From: Nitrospirota bacterium
Lineage (GTDB): Bacteria > Nitrospirota > UBA9217
DNA: 64,000 bases
Reading direction: 5' to 3'
Assembly: GCA_963845065.1 (NCBI GenBank)
Contig: CAWJQQ010000002.1
Span: 448,001-512,000, forward strand
In this document: positions 38,954-49,205 of the stretch, piece after piece
Layout: each line of letters begins with the position of its first letter
Position numbering within the stretch: the stretch's first letter is position 1
Program-made: the position numbers and the translations under genes
Notes under the pieces: model-generated
What the model was told of the DNA's origin: nothing
Database searches by the model: none
Seen by the model: the letters and a program-made list of their open reading frames with translations, nothing else

Positions 38954-39490
38954 TTATTCGTATCTCTTCACAATATCCATCACCTTGGTAGCCGCCACAT
39001 CACCGTATGTGTCCTGTCCAATCACGACGACGGGCGCGAGTCCGCAGGCGCCGAGGCACCGCACGGCCTCGATGGAGTACTTTTTATCTCGAGTGACCTC
39101 TCCAACCTCGATGTCCAACTCGTCCTTGAGCTTGTCGAGGATTTCCTCGCTCCGTTTTACATAGCAGGCCGTACCAAGGCAGACACGAATGACGTGCTTG
39201 CCGCGTGGTACAAGGGTGAAGAAAGAATAGAACGTAGCCACACCGAACACGACGCTTGGTGATATCTTCATCCCTTTTGCTATATACCGCTGCACCGCAT
39301 GAGGCAGATAGCCGCAAACGCTCTGCGCCTGCTGGAGCACCGGGATGAGCGAACCGGGTTTGTCTCTATACAGTTCGATGATCGCGTCAATCTTCCGATA
39401 TTTTGCCGGGTCTATGTCGTTGACACCGCTGCTGGCCGCGGCGCTGGCATCGCCGCCCGCAGTATGTTGGGCTACCGCTTCGTTACTCAT
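38954..39490 (-). CDS. nuoE: NuoE / HydC (HndA)-type [2Fe-2S] subunit
   Basis: LIPVLQ, VATFY, CLGTAC, CLGACGLAP. Confidence 0.92.
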   Translation of the reverse strand: MSNEAVAQHTAGGDASAAASSGVNDIDPAKYRKIDAIIELYRDKPGSLIPVLQQAQSVCGYLPHAVQRYIAKGMKISPSVVFGVATFYSFFTLVPRGKHVIRVCLGTACYVKRSEEILDKLKDELDIEVGEVTRDKKYSIEAVRCLGACGLAPVVVIGQDTYGDVAATKVMDIVKRYE

Positions 39491-39518
39491 GTTCTACCTC
39501 GTTTACTCTATATCGTTA

Positions 39519-40052
39519 CTATTTTAGTTTTATTTCGTCCTGCAACATGCCCCTGATCGCGGCAAGTGCTGCAGGCTCGTTTATCGGGACGCCTTCGAGG
39601 TCAACCTTAAACTCCCTGGTATCGAAACGGAACGTGTGTCCTTCATCCCGTTCTTCATATATGTAATCCCTGTCAGCATGGCCGGCGATCAAGGTAAGCA
39701 GCGTTTCGGCCATATTACCTATCGGCGGACGGTCCATATGATGGAGGCCAAATGTAACCAACACCCTCGTCCCCGCGCCCGGCTCCGATTCAATGTCCAG
39801 CGTTCCTCCGGTTTGCTCGGCTGCTTGTTTCAAAAGTGGAATCCCTAAGCCTGTTTTCTTGTGTTTCGTCGTAAAGAACGGGTCCCGCACTTTGGCAAGT
39901 GTCTCTCGGTCCATTCCCTTGCCGTCATCAATCACTTCTATCCGGAGAAGATCGTTCTTCTTATCCCGTACAACAATCATTGAGATGCATTTCGCATCGG
40001 CCCGGATCGAATTCTCGGCGATGTCAAGGATATGGAGCGAAATATCTTCCAT
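39519..40052 (-). CDS. HATPase_c (histidine kinase-like ATPase) protein
   Basis: DIAENS, DDGKGM, DPFFTT, GLGIP. Confidence 0.85.
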   Translation of the reverse strand: MEDISLHILDIAENSIRADAKCISMIVVRDKKNDLLRIEVIDDGKGMDRETLAKVRDPFFTTKHKKTGLGIPLLKQAAEQTGGTLDIESEPGAGTRVLVTFGLHHMDRPPIGNMAETLLTLIAGHADRDYIYEERDEGHTFRFDTREFKVDLEGVPINEPAALAAIRGMLQDEIKLK

Positions 40053-40056
40053 GGCC

Positions 40057-40803
40057 TCAACATTCCGCCTTCCTGCCATCCCTGCCGATCAGGGCTTTTT
40101 TGATCTCACTTACCGTTCCATCTTCAACAGTAAACCACATGAAGCGTTTTCCGATATCTGCGGGGCTGTGTGCATCAGACCCGGTTACGATCGGATACTT
40201 CTTGCAGTCCGGGAACCGTTCCCTCGCGACACTAGCGATCATCTGCGCCGATACTTCTACTGCGTCCAGAACGAGCATGGGAGGGATGAACCCAAGCTGC
40301 CCGATAAGGCTGAAGGATTCCCTATCCACGTGCGCGGCCACCACGAGACATTCGTTTTTCGCTCGCCGAGCCACTGCTACAATCGCCTCTACCGGAAGCG
40401 ACGTTGCTGCAATCAAAAGCCGGTCGCAGAAACCGCTCACTCCATCTTCATCGTCAGCTATTACCTGCATGCCGAAGGCGCGCTCGTCATTCGTACCTTC
40501 CAGATGCCGGTAAATGTATCCCTGAAAGTCCAGCAGGTCATCGTCATTGTCAAAGAAAACCAGGATGTGCGCTTCTTCGGAAGAGGTGACCTCCATACCG
40601 CCTAGCACCATCAGCCCGTTTTGACTGCCCGCCTTCTTCACGGCCAGCACGTTTTCGGCAGAATTATGATCGCACACGCCGATCAGATCAAGGCCTTTCG
40701 AAACGGCCGCATTCACTACTTCGCGAGGAGACATATCCAGACCGGAACAGGGCGACAAACACGTATGCACGTGCAGATCGGCTTTAATCCGCCTCAGCGC
40801 CAC
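40057..40803 (-). CDS. PHP-domain phosphoesterase
   Basis: DLHVHT, CDHN, AAHVDR, SDAH; GTG start estimated. Confidence 0.85.
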   Translation of the reverse strand: MALRRIKADLHVHTCLSPCSGLDMSPREVVNAAVSKGLDLIGVCDHNSAENVLAVKKAGSQNGLMVLGGMEVTSSEEAHILVFFDNDDDLLDFQGYIYRHLEGTNDERAFGMQVIADDEDGVSGFCDRLLIAATSLPVEAIVAVARRAKNECLVVAAHVDRESFSLIGQLGFIPPMLVLDAVEVSAQMIASVARERFPDCKKYPIVTGSDAHSPADIGKRFMWFTVEDGTVSEIKKALIGRDGRKAEC

Positions 40804-41134
40804 GGATCCCCGCCTTATACAATCTACCGACCAATTCGAAGGCAGAAAGGTCACTTACGAGAATTGGTATGTTCTCCTCTTCAGCTTTAGCGATGGTATC
40901 TTTTTCCGGCTGCCTGCCATTGACCAGGACGATCCCTGAGAGCCCCTTGTGCGATGCCACTGCTACGATATTCTGATGGATGTGGAGCGTGACCCAGAGG
41001 ACCCCTTCGTCTGCATGCGCCAGGACGTCCGACAATAAGTCACTCACGTAACCGCCGGTCACTTCGCCATCGAGATGAGTGGAGCCTGTTTTTACTTCAA
41101 GGTTAAATTCTTTTACAACTTCTTTCAGGTTCAT
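40784..41134 (-). CDS. DRTGG-domain protein
   Basis: GGYVSDLLSDVL, WVT. Confidence 0.8.
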   Translation of the reverse strand: MNLKEVVKEFNLEVKTGSTHLDGEVTGGYVSDLLSDVLAHADEGVLWVTLHIHQNIVAVASHKGLSGIVLVNGRQPEKDTIAKAEEENIPILVSDLSAFELVGRLYKAGIRGAEAD

Positions 41135-41147
41135 GATACGAGCCCCG

Positions 41148-42101
41148 TTAGCTCGTGTAATAGAATTGCATAGTCAGGTGTGTTCCTTCAGGCACCGACG
41201 ATTTGAGAGATATTTCATCGGCGCATTTCTTCATATTTACGAGCCCCATGCCCGCACCAAACCCCAGTTCCCGGACCCAGTTTGGCGCCGTGGAGTACCC
41301 GGGCTGCATGGCTTTTTCGACGTCTGGGATGCCGGGACCCGCATCAATCGCCTCCACGGTGATCCCCCATTTCTCTATCAGTGCCCGGATCTCGCCGCCA
41401 TTGGTGTATGAGGCAAGGTTGATCTCTGCTTCATATGTTGCCACCCCGATCTTTCTGAGGAGCGGTGGACAGACGCCTAATTTCTTAAGAGCGTTCTTCA
41501 AATCACACGCGGCCTTTCCCGCGTCTTTTAAGGTTTGTCCGGCAACTTTATATTTGAAAGTAAAGCTGATTTCGTCCGCGGATACATCTTCAAAAAACTT
41601 GTGCACCGTTGGCCGAAGACGCGCCACCGCTTCTTTTGTCTCGGATTGTTCGTATTCCACCTCAAGTTTCCTGAGCAAACCCTCGACGATACTCCCCTTG
41701 GTAACGATGCCGACCAGTTCATCATCCCGGTTCAATACAGGATACCGCCTGTACCCAAATTTTAAGAACTTGGCGATGCAATGGACGAGAAGTTCGTCGC
41801 TATACAGGCATTCAACCTTCCGGGTCATTCGCTCGCGAACGGGGGAACTGATGGCATTATCAGTGAAAGCAGTGATCAGGTCTTCAATGCTGATCATGCC
41901 AACGAGTTTGCCATTCTCCACTACCGGCGTACCAGAAATGCGGTTATCCCGCAGAACGAGCCTGAACTCCGACATTGGCAGGTCCGGCCCGATAGTGAAC
42001 ATCTTGGTGGCCATGACTTCGCCGACGGTGATTTCATAGACCATCTCCTGGGTTTTCGTGACGCGGTCCGTCGACTCTTGCTCTTTGCCCCGTAGCTCCA
42101 T
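41148..42101 (-). CDS. CBS-pair plus anti-sigma-factor-type Ser/Thr kinase (HATPase) fusion
   Basis: Two CBS motifs; YEAEIN, DAGPGIPD, GYSTA, GFGAGMGL. Confidence 0.85.
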   Translation of the reverse strand: MELRGKEQESTDRVTKTQEMVYEITVGEVMATKMFTIGPDLPMSEFRLVLRDNRISGTPVVENGKLVGMISIEDLITAFTDNAISSPVRERMTRKVECLYSDELLVHCIAKFLKFGYRRYPVLNRDDELVGIVTKGSIVEGLLRKLEVEYEQSETKEAVARLRPTVHKFFEDVSADEISFTFKYKVAGQTLKDAGKAACDLKNALKKLGVCPPLLRKIGVATYEAEINLASYTNGGEIRALIEKWGITVEAIDAGPGIPDVEKAMQPGYSTAPNWVRELGFGAGMGLVNMKKCADEISLKSSVPEGTHLTMQFYYTS

Positions 42102-42105
42102 TGTC

Positions 42106-42462
42106 TTATTGCCGCTCGGCTACCCCCCTGAGACCGTTAGTATACAATATGCCGCATGCTTCAAACATTGAAAGTTTTGTAACGAAGAGGGGAATATCTT
42201 TTTGTTTTGCCAGTGCCACGGTGGCCATATCGGGCTTTTTCCCACGGACCACGCAGACTGCTTTGATATCGGCAATATCGGCTGTCCGCACCGCCTGGGG
42301 ATTCGTGATTCCGGTGACTAAAATACCACTTGCATAAGAACGGCCCAGAACATCACTCATAAGGTCAGCGCTAAAGCACCGGTCGACTTCAATTTCATCG
42401 ACGAGGCCGTCACCGACAAGCACCTCGGCATTAAGCAGCTTAATAATCTCTCTCAGTTTCAT
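42106..42462 (-). CDS. DRTGG-domain protein
   Basis: ADLMSDVL, LVTG, VRGK, FEACGILY. Confidence 0.8.
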   Translation of the reverse strand: MKLREIIKLLNAEVLVGDGLVDEIEVDRCFSADLMSDVLGRSYASGILVTGITNPQAVRTADIADIKAVCVVRGKKPDMATVALAKQKDIPLFVTKLSMFEACGILYTNGLRGVAERQ

Positions 42463-42482
42463 CGTGCGATCCCTAACACTCG

Positions 42483-43694
42483 CTACCGATCGACTTCGCC
42501 TAACACGATGTCGATGGATCCAATACAGGCTATAACATCCGCCACCATATGTCCGGTCACCATCTTCGAGAGGGCGCTCACGTGAACATATGAGGGAGCG
42601 CGGATCTTGATCCGGTACGGCCGTCCGCTCCCGTCGCTCACGATATAGAAACCAAGCTCGCCTTTCGGCCCCTCGGTGGCAACGTACACCTCGCCCTTGG
42701 GCATGGGAACCCACTTGCTCATCAGCACGAACTGATGTGCAAGTGATGCCATGTTCTGCATCACCTGGGTCTTCTCGGGAACGGCGTAGCGCAGGTCACT
42801 GGTGGTGATAGGACCGGGCTGCATCATATCGAGACACTGCTTGATAATACGGTTGCTCTGACGCATCTCTTCGATGCGTACGAGATACCGGTCGTAGACG
42901 TCGCCGTTCTTGCCAAGGGGGACATCGAACTCAACCTTATCATATGCGGCGTAGGGTTCGACTTTGCGCAAATCGTAGTTCACGCCCGAGCCGCGGAGCG
43001 TGCCGCCGGTCATACCATAGTTGACTGCGTCCGCTGCCGAGAACACACCGATGCCAACGGTGCGCTGGAGCCAGATGCGGTTCTGACGAATCAACGTGTC
43101 ATATTCTTCAAGCCGCTTGGGAAAGATCTCGGTGAACTCACGGCATTTATCAATGAAAGCGCGTGGCACATCGTTGCGCAGACCGCCGATGCGGACATAG
43201 CTTACAGTCTGGCGTGCGCCCGTCACCATCTCCGTAAGATCAAGAATCTGTTCCCGTTCCCGCAGTGCGTACATGCAGACTGTCATGGCGCCAATATCAA
43301 GTGCATGGGTGCCAAGCCAGACCAAGTGCCCGGAAAGCCGCGTAAGCTCGGCCATGAGCGTCCTTATGAACTGCGCCCGTTCGGGAACCGTGATATCTGC
43401 GAGCTTCTCCACAGCTACCACGTATCCAAGATTGTTGTTCATGCACGTGATATATTCGAGCCGGTCGGTCATGGGGATGATCTGATGATAGGTTTTGCTC
43501 TCCATCCATTTTTCGATCCCTCGGTGAAGGTAGCCGGGACGCGTGTCGCAACCCACGATGGTCTCGCCCTGCAGGTCAAGCACCAGGCGCAGCACACCAT
43601 GCGTGGCCGGATGCTGCGGTCCCATGTTCAAGGTTATTTCTTTTTTGACGATCGCTTTCTGTGCTGTTTCTGTCGAGGACATAAGTTTCACCAT
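42483..43694 (-). CDS. nuoD: NADH-quinone oxidoreductase subunit D
   Basis: NMGPQHPATHGVLRL, GYLHRG, EGPKGE, GEVDR; no NiFe CxxC motifs. Confidence 0.95.
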   Translation of the reverse strand: MVKLMSSTETAQKAIVKKEITLNMGPQHPATHGVLRLVLDLQGETIVGCDTRPGYLHRGIEKWMESKTYHQIIPMTDRLEYITCMNNNLGYVVAVEKLADITVPERAQFIRTLMAELTRLSGHLVWLGTHALDIGAMTVCMYALREREQILDLTEMVTGARQTVSYVRIGGLRNDVPRAFIDKCREFTEIFPKRLEEYDTLIRQNRIWLQRTVGIGVFSAADAVNYGMTGGTLRGSGVNYDLRKVEPYAAYDKVEFDVPLGKNGDVYDRYLVRIEEMRQSNRIIKQCLDMMQPGPITTSDLRYAVPEKTQVMQNMASLAHQFVLMSKWVPMPKGEVYVATEGPKGELGFYIVSDGSGRPYRIKIRAPSYVHVSALSKMVTGHMVADVIACIGSIDIVLGEVDR

Positions 43695-43773
43695 AGAAAA
43701 GTAGCCGGAATGCAGCGTTCGGGGTCCAGGAAAAGTTTTTTTGTTTTTCCTAACCCCGGGCCCTAGTTGTTTA

Positions 43774-44244
43774 TCAATAACCTTTCAGCGGATATTCCTT
43801 CCTCAGCGGGTGCCCTTCCCAGTCCTCGGGCAGTAGTATCCTGCGGAGGTCTGGATGGCCTTCGAACGTGATGCCCATGAGGTCATAGGTCTCCCGCTCA
43901 TGCCAGTTCGCTGTTTGCCAGATCGAAGAGACCGAATCTATCCGCGGGTCTTCTTCCGGCACCCTTACCTTCAAACGAATGCGGTGATGGTGCTCCGTAG
44001 ATATTAGATTATATACAACTTCAAAGCGGGGCCCGGTGTCACCTGGGTACCGGGAAAAGTCAACGGCAGTCAGGTCGGACAGATGGTCCATCTTGAGGGA
44101 GGGCTCATCACGCAGGAACAGGCAAATGTCCTTGATCTTGTCCTTCCTGAGCATGACACCGACCTGCCCGACGTACGTCTCTGTACCGACCACTTGGCCT
44201 GCAAATTTTTCTTCTATCATTTTGGCGATTTGTAAAGGATCCAT
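43774..44244 (-). CDS. nuoC: NADH-quinone oxidoreductase subunit C
   Basis: WHERETYDLMG, GHPDLRRIL, GHPLRKEYP. Confidence 0.95.
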   Translation of the reverse strand: MDPLQIAKMIEEKFAGQVVGTETYVGQVGVMLRKDKIKDICLFLRDEPSLKMDHLSDLTAVDFSRYPGDTGPRFEVVYNLISTEHHHRIRLKVRVPEEDPRIDSVSSIWQTANWHERETYDLMGITFEGHPDLRRILLPEDWEGHPLRKEYPLKGY

Positions 44245-44343
44245 ACAACCTCGTCTTGAGCCGCACGTGCTGAACGCTCGTAGTGCGCGGTTTTAGCTTC
44301 GAACATTTGTGATGGCAGTGTAATAACGGTATGTGGAGACTTG

Positions 44344-44823
44344 TTACTTCCGGATGTAGTGCTCTTTCCTGATCTTATCCTGAAGACGCATGATGCCATT
44401 CATCAATGCCTCAGGCCTGGGCGGGCAACCCGGGATATAGACGTCCACAGGAACAATGTTGTCTACGCCTTGCACAACGCTATAGGTATTGAAGATACCG
44501 CCGGATGCCGCGCAGCTCCCCATTGCAATTACGTACCGCGGCTCGGGCATCTGATCATAGACGCGCCTTAAGACTGGGGCCATCTTTTTCGTCAGCGTAC
44601 CGGCAACGAGCAAGAGGTCGGATTGTCTTGGAGATGGACGCGGCACAGTCCCAAAACGGTCGAAATCATGCTGAGGCGCGGAATAGTATTGCATCATCTC
44701 GAGAGCACAGCATGCAAGTCCGAATGTCATTGGCCAGATTGAACTGGACCGGCAATAGTTCAGGAACCCGTCAATCGTTGTCGTGATATACCCTTCTTCG
44801 AAAATATTCTGGATCACTCCCAT
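44344..44823 (-). CDS. nuoB: NADH-quinone oxidoreductase subunit B
   Basis: GLACC, SPRQSD, MGSCA, PGCPP. Confidence 0.95.
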   Translation of the reverse strand: MGVIQNIFEEGYITTTIDGFLNYCRSSSIWPMTFGLACCALEMMQYYSAPQHDFDRFGTVPRPSPRQSDLLLVAGTLTKKMAPVLRRVYDQMPEPRYVIAMGSCAASGGIFNTYSVVQGVDNIVPVDVYIPGCPPRPEALMNGIMRLQDKIRKEHYIRK

Positions 44824-45188
44824 TCAAGGGCCCCCTTCTTCCAGGCGTAGAGATATCCCACAAACAAAATTGCGATAAAAATCACCATTTCCACGAAACC
44901 GTACATACCGATGTGGTTATAAGCTACTGCCCAGGGATACATGAACACGGCTTCGATATCGAAAATAAGGAACAGCATTGCAATGATGTAATACCGGATG
45001 GAGAATTTGTGGTGCGCGTCCGTGAGGGGTGTGATGCCTGATTCGTAGGTAAGCAGTTTATCTGGATAGGGGTTTCGTGGCCGGAGAATCCAGCTAAAAG
45101 CCAGCATGCCGACGCCGACAGCAAGGCCCAGCAGTAGAAAAACTACGACTGGCAGAAAGTGTTCCGGAAGGTAGGTACTAGGAGTCAT
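44814..45188 (-). CDS. nuoA: NADH-quinone oxidoreductase subunit A
   Basis: [18 protein letters not shown]. Confidence 0.95.
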   Translation of the reverse strand: MTPSTYLPEHFLPVVVFLLLGLAVGVGMLAFSWILRPRNPYPDKLLTYESGITPLTDAHHKFSIRYYIIAMLFLIFDIEAVFMYPWAVAYNHIGMYGFVEMVIFIAILFVGYLYAWKKGALEWE

Positions 45189-45252
45189 ACACTACTCCCT
45201 GCAAATGAATTTATATTCAGCATTAAATCAGACCTGTTTTGAAAACCTGTGC

Positions 45253-45281
45253 ATATTATGATAACCAGCATCGTTTGTCAA
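45253..45281 (-). promoter_or_regulatory. Putative sigma70 promoter of the nuo operon
   Basis: TTGACA, 17 bp spacer, TAATAT. Confidence 0.55.
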
Positions 45282-45439
45282 TAAAAAAAAATAATAACAT
45301 TATAAAAATAACCTGTTCATTATTACGCACAAAGGTATGATTTTTTACCATCCCTTTTATTATTGATTATTGTATTTCCCCCGAGCGCTTGTTTTCGCAA
45401 TACCGATAAAGTACAATAGCGTGCACCAAGGAGGTAGAC

Positions 45440-46063
45440 ATGAATCCCTATTCCAAAGAGCAGCTGCTGTCGTTCTATAATTTACATTTCAAAAAATTCG
45501 GCGAGCGGCCGGAAGCTCTCCGCTGGACACCGCAAGGACAACTCAAACGTTACCATACTTTTCTCGACATCGCACCCGACCTCAACAACCAGAAAATACT
45601 CGACTACGGCTGTGGAATGGCTGATTTTTATAAATTTTTGAAGCGACATGGCATCAACGTGAATTACACTGGAGTGGATATCAATGATAACTTCATTAAC
45701 GTAGCGAAAAAAAAGTATCCGGAATGCACTTTTCGGGTTATGAGCGTGGATGAGGATTCCCTCGAAGGATTCTATGACTACATATTTATATGTGGCGTCT
45801 TCAACCTGCAAGTCCCCGGCGTAGACGACGACCTGAAAAATACACTGGTGACACTCTTTAAGCATTGCAACAAGGGTCTGGCCTTGAGCGCGTTGTCAAC
45901 TCACACAACTATAAAGGACTATGAGCTTCACTTCACTTCGCCCGAGGACATGGTCAAGTTCTCCATCGAGAAGCTGTCACCTTCGGTCGTCCTGCGTCAC
46001 GATCGCATCCCGAATGACTTCACTCTCTTTGTATATACGTCATACAATGAAATAGAACTCTGA
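45440..46063 (+). CDS. Class I SAM-dependent methyltransferase
   Basis: ILDYGCG, YTGVDIN; AAGGAGG SD. Confidence 0.85.
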   Translation: MNPYSKEQLLSFYNLHFKKFGERPEALRWTPQGQLKRYHTFLDIAPDLNNQKILDYGCGMADFYKFLKRHGINVNYTGVDINDNFINVAKKKYPECTFRVMSVDEDSLEGFYDYIFICGVFNLQVPGVDDDLKNTLVTLFKHCNKGLALSALSTHTTIKDYELHFTSPEDMVKFSIEKLSPSVVLRHDRIPNDFTLFVYTSYNEIEL

Positions 46064-46144
46064 CGATAAGTGAAGGAAGGGATTTGGGCATCGATTATAC
46101 TGAATCACACACAAGCCGCCATTCGAAACTCACTCAGACACTGT

Positions 46145-46309
46145 TTAATATTCACCCTTCGAAAGGTAAAGCCCATACAACAAAGAACCCCAGGCAATCA
46201 GCGTCACATAGGTCGCGACTTTCCCTTTATCAAAGTCAATTATCCTCCCTATCAAAAAGGGTATGAAGAACGTTACGATCGCAAACACAAGTATCCCCAT
46301 TACCATCAT
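46145..46309 (-). CDS. Small membrane protein, 54 aa (MMVMGILVFAIVTFFIPFLIGRIIDFDKGKVATYVTLIAWGSLLYGLYLSKGEY)
   Basis: AAGGAG SD, two hydrophobic segments; below the ORF-track size cutoff. Confidence 0.55.
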   Translation of the reverse strand: MMVMGILVFAIVTFFIPFLIGRIIDFDKGKVATYVTLIAWGSLLYGLYLSKGEY

Positions 46310-46336
46310 GATATCTACTCCTTTCTAGTTATTTCG

Positions 46337-46498
46337 TCATGCCCTGCAGACTTCGCAATTTTCATCCCGTCGTATTTTTACCTTCTTAAATTCCATATCA
46401 TGGGTGTTGAATACGAGCATCTTCGAGATAAGCGCTTTCCCGTACCCGGTAATAAGCTTTATTGCTTCCAGTGCCATCTTGCATCCCAGCATGCCCGA
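46337..46498 (-). pseudogene. C-terminal fragment of a ThiF/MoeB/HesA-family protein
   Basis: GMLGCKMALEAIKLITGYGKALISKML...KVKIRRDENCEVC. Confidence 0.7.
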
Positions 46499-46667
46499 AA
46501 AGAGTGGCTTGAGCAAAAAGGCAGCTCAAAGCCGTCTTTTGCTTTTCTTCTCCATAATTCTATGCTATATTGCAGCCATTCAGACTCACGATAAGAGGTG
46601 CGCCTTTATAGAGTGGTTCTTAACGGCCGAAGAGTGGGCATTTCATAATGATAAGGAAGGTAAAGCC

Positions 46668-47108
46668 ATGAAGATGTCCGACATGATCAAAGGGGCACTA
46701 GAAAAGAAGGGCTATAGGAATCTCAAAGATGCATCGAAGATCCTGGGGATAAGCCCTGAGCTCGTGCGGGTCATCATCAATAAAGGGCATGTTCCTAAAG
46801 ACAAGACGCTAAGGATCATAGCGACTAAACTGGGTCTGGACAAGTCGTCCTTGATCCTGGCGGCACATCAGGAAAAGGTCCCCCTCGAAGTCAAAGGTTA
46901 TTTCCTTGCACCTGCTGAATCGAAATACCGGCAGGGAAAACGAGTATACCCTTTATCCCAGGAACAATCCGACTACTTGGAAAGGATCTTGACCACCGAA
47001 GAAATCAAGATGATAAGAAAATACCGTCAAGTGTCCGAAGAAGGTAAGACACAGATCGTTGGCTATATTGATTTCACATTTGCATCCAAAAGAGAGCACC
47101 GGCAGTGA
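46668..47108 (+). CDS. XRE-like HTH DNA-binding protein
   Basis: LKDASKILGISPELV....KGHVP....IATKLGL. Confidence 0.65.
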   Translation: MKMSDMIKGALEKKGYRNLKDASKILGISPELVRVIINKGHVPKDKTLRIIATKLGLDKSSLILAAHQEKVPLEVKGYFLAPAESKYRQGKRVYPLSQEQSDYLERILTTEEIKMIRKYRQVSEEGKTQIVGYIDFTFASKREHRQ

Positions 47109-47408
47109 ATCTCACCCAGGGGTGCTGGGGGCTTCTTTACCGTTAAATGTGACAATCTTGCATAAGCCCTGCCGGCTGCCGCTTCATCACTGACAGGAGA
47201 CTTTTTTTATGCGGCTCAATAATGATTCGGTTCCAAAGGTTATACACTGAGGTTGCTCTTCCCTGGTTCTGCACCGGCAGTTCCATTCATCAAAGTGTGG
47301 AGTGCACTTGTAAATTTTTTCTTCGGGCGTAGCAACATCCTCTCCAGTCATACTCATCAAAGATCATCTGCAATCTAGTCATTGCAACATAGCTCAAAGG
47401 AGGGTCGT

Positions 47409-48650
47409 GTGGAAGAGAAAGCTAGCATTGATCCCCGTCATGTTTTCACTCTGCCTGTTATTGTCGCAGCCCTCGGCTATTTTGTCGACATCTACGATTT
47501 GGTGCTCTTCAGCATCGTCCGGGTGCCAAGTCTGAAGTCCCTAGGGCTTTCCGGACAGGAGTTGATCGATAACGGAGTGTTCCTCTTGAACATGCAGATG
47601 GCAGGCATGCTTATCGGCGGGATCATCTGGGGGGTCCTTGGCGACAGAAAAGGACGACTCAAAATCATGTTCGGCTCGATCTTCCTTTACTCGGTCGCCA
47701 ACATTGCGAACGGTATGACAACATCCCTGCCTGCTTACGCAACTCTTCGCTTCATAGCCGGTGTCGGCCTTGCCGGAGAGCTTGGTGCGGGTATCACGCT
47801 CGTCTCAGAAGTCCTACATACCAGCATCCGAGGGTATGGCACCATGCTTGTGGCCTCTGTGGGCGTCTCGGGCGCCATCCTCGCGAACATCATCGCCAAC
47901 GCGTTCAACTGGCGGAACGCCTTCATCATCGGGGGCATTCTCGGCCTTCTTTTGCTTATCGCCCGCATCAGTGTTGCCGAATCGAACATGTTCCGTACCA
48001 TGCAAACCAGGACCAGCGTGAGCCGTGGAAACCTGATGGCCCTCTTTTCGGACCGTAACCGCTTTCTCCGCTACCTTAATTCTATTCTGATCGGCGTTCC
48101 CATTTGGTTCGTGGTTGGCGTCCTGATAACTTTTTCACCGGAATTCGCCAAGGCGCTCGGAACAACCGGACCAGTTTCCGCGGGAAATGCGGTCATGTTC
48201 TGCTATCTAGGGCTGGTCTTCGGCGATCTTTCGAGCGGCCTTCTGAGCCAAGCATTAAAAAGCAGAAAAAAAGTCGTTTTTCTCTTCATGCTCATGACCA
48301 TAGCAGCCGTCAGCCTTTACTTCCTGCAGGGGAACGAGAGCCCAGGCTTCTTTTACGGCGTCTGCCTTGTGCTCGGATTTGCAAGTGGCTACTGGGCCAT
48401 CTTTGTGACTGTTGCCGCCGAACAGTTTGGCACGAACCTGCGCGCAACAGTCGCTACGACCGTCCCTAACTTCGTACGCGGAATGGTTGTTCCCATCACA
48501 CTTCTGTTCCAGTTATCACGACAGTACTTGGGACTCGTATACGGAGCACTGATAGTCGGTGCTTTGTGCGCTATTGCGGCGTTTTTTGCATTGCATTCCC
48601 TGGAAGAAACATTTCATAAGAACCTGGACTATTATGAAGAGTTCCCGTGA
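47409..48650 (+). CDS. MFS transporter
   Basis: GYFVDIYD, LGDRKGR, GLAGELG, EQFGTNLRAT; about 12 TM segments. Confidence 0.9.
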   Translation: MEEKASIDPRHVFTLPVIVAALGYFVDIYDLVLFSIVRVPSLKSLGLSGQELIDNGVFLLNMQMAGMLIGGIIWGVLGDRKGRLKIMFGSIFLYSVANIANGMTTSLPAYATLRFIAGVGLAGELGAGITLVSEVLHTSIRGYGTMLVASVGVSGAILANIIANAFNWRNAFIIGGILGLLLLIARISVAESNMFRTMQTRTSVSRGNLMALFSDRNRFLRYLNSILIGVPIWFVVGVLITFSPEFAKALGTTGPVSAGNAVMFCYLGLVFGDLSSGLLSQALKSRKKVVFLFMLMTIAAVSLYFLQGNESPGFFYGVCLVLGFASGYWAIFVTVAAEQFGTNLRATVATTVPNFVRGMVVPITLLFQLSRQYLGLVYGALIVGALCAIAAFFALHSLEETFHKNLDYYEEFP

Positions 48651-48805
48651 TACACAAGAAACAAAATTGCAGGCCGCAAGCGAACGGACATAGCAGTGGT
48701 CCTAGAGACTCCATCTCCTATCAGACGGGTTAGGACACAGAACTGGGTGGACAGACAGATACGCACAATTAAGGGAATAATCGTGAATCAATAGAGGCAC
48801 AACGC

Positions 48806-49186
48806 ATGGACAAAAAGATATGCATAGCGTTACTATGTTTTTTACTTGTTTGCAGTTGCAATAAAACTCCTACCGACCTCCCCCTCACAGACGACACTGC
48901 AAAGAACAGCAACATGATCAAGGCATTCATTCCAAGCGGCACGCTTGCGTCAAATGCAATATTAAAGATGGAACAAGAGGGCTTCACTTGCAAAACTATG
49001 CGAGATGAAAAAGTCCGAAGTTCTAACGATACTATTCAGGCAAACAAGAATTCAAATGTCGATTTCGTATGGTGTGAACGAAAGACGTGGATAGTTATTC
49101 CCAGACGATGGCAAGTTATTATGAGTCTCGATAGCGAAGACAGGGTCGAAAACATATCTGTTACGGGAAGTTTGGTAGGTTCATGA
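48806..49186 (+). CDS. Hypothetical lipoprotein
   Basis: N-terminal KK, hydrophobic stretch, VCSC lipobox-like motif. Confidence 0.6.
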   Translation: MDKKICIALLCFLLVCSCNKTPTDLPLTDDTAKNSNMIKAFIPSGTLASNAILKMEQEGFTCKTMRDEKVRSSNDTIQANKNSNVDFVWCERKTWIVIPRRWQVIMSLDSEDRVENISVTGSLVGS

Positions 49187-49205
49187 GCAGCGTTTCCCGA
49201 TATTG

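Noticed and set aside
42483..44823. Group 4 [NiFe]-hydrogenase
   Set aside because: The large subunit lacks both CxxC motifs; NuoB has tandem CC; nuoA, J and K are present
45247..45264. Rex operator over the nuo promoter (CTGTGCATATTATGATAA)
   Set aside because: Too many mismatches to TTGTGAA-N4-TTCACAA in an AT-rich region
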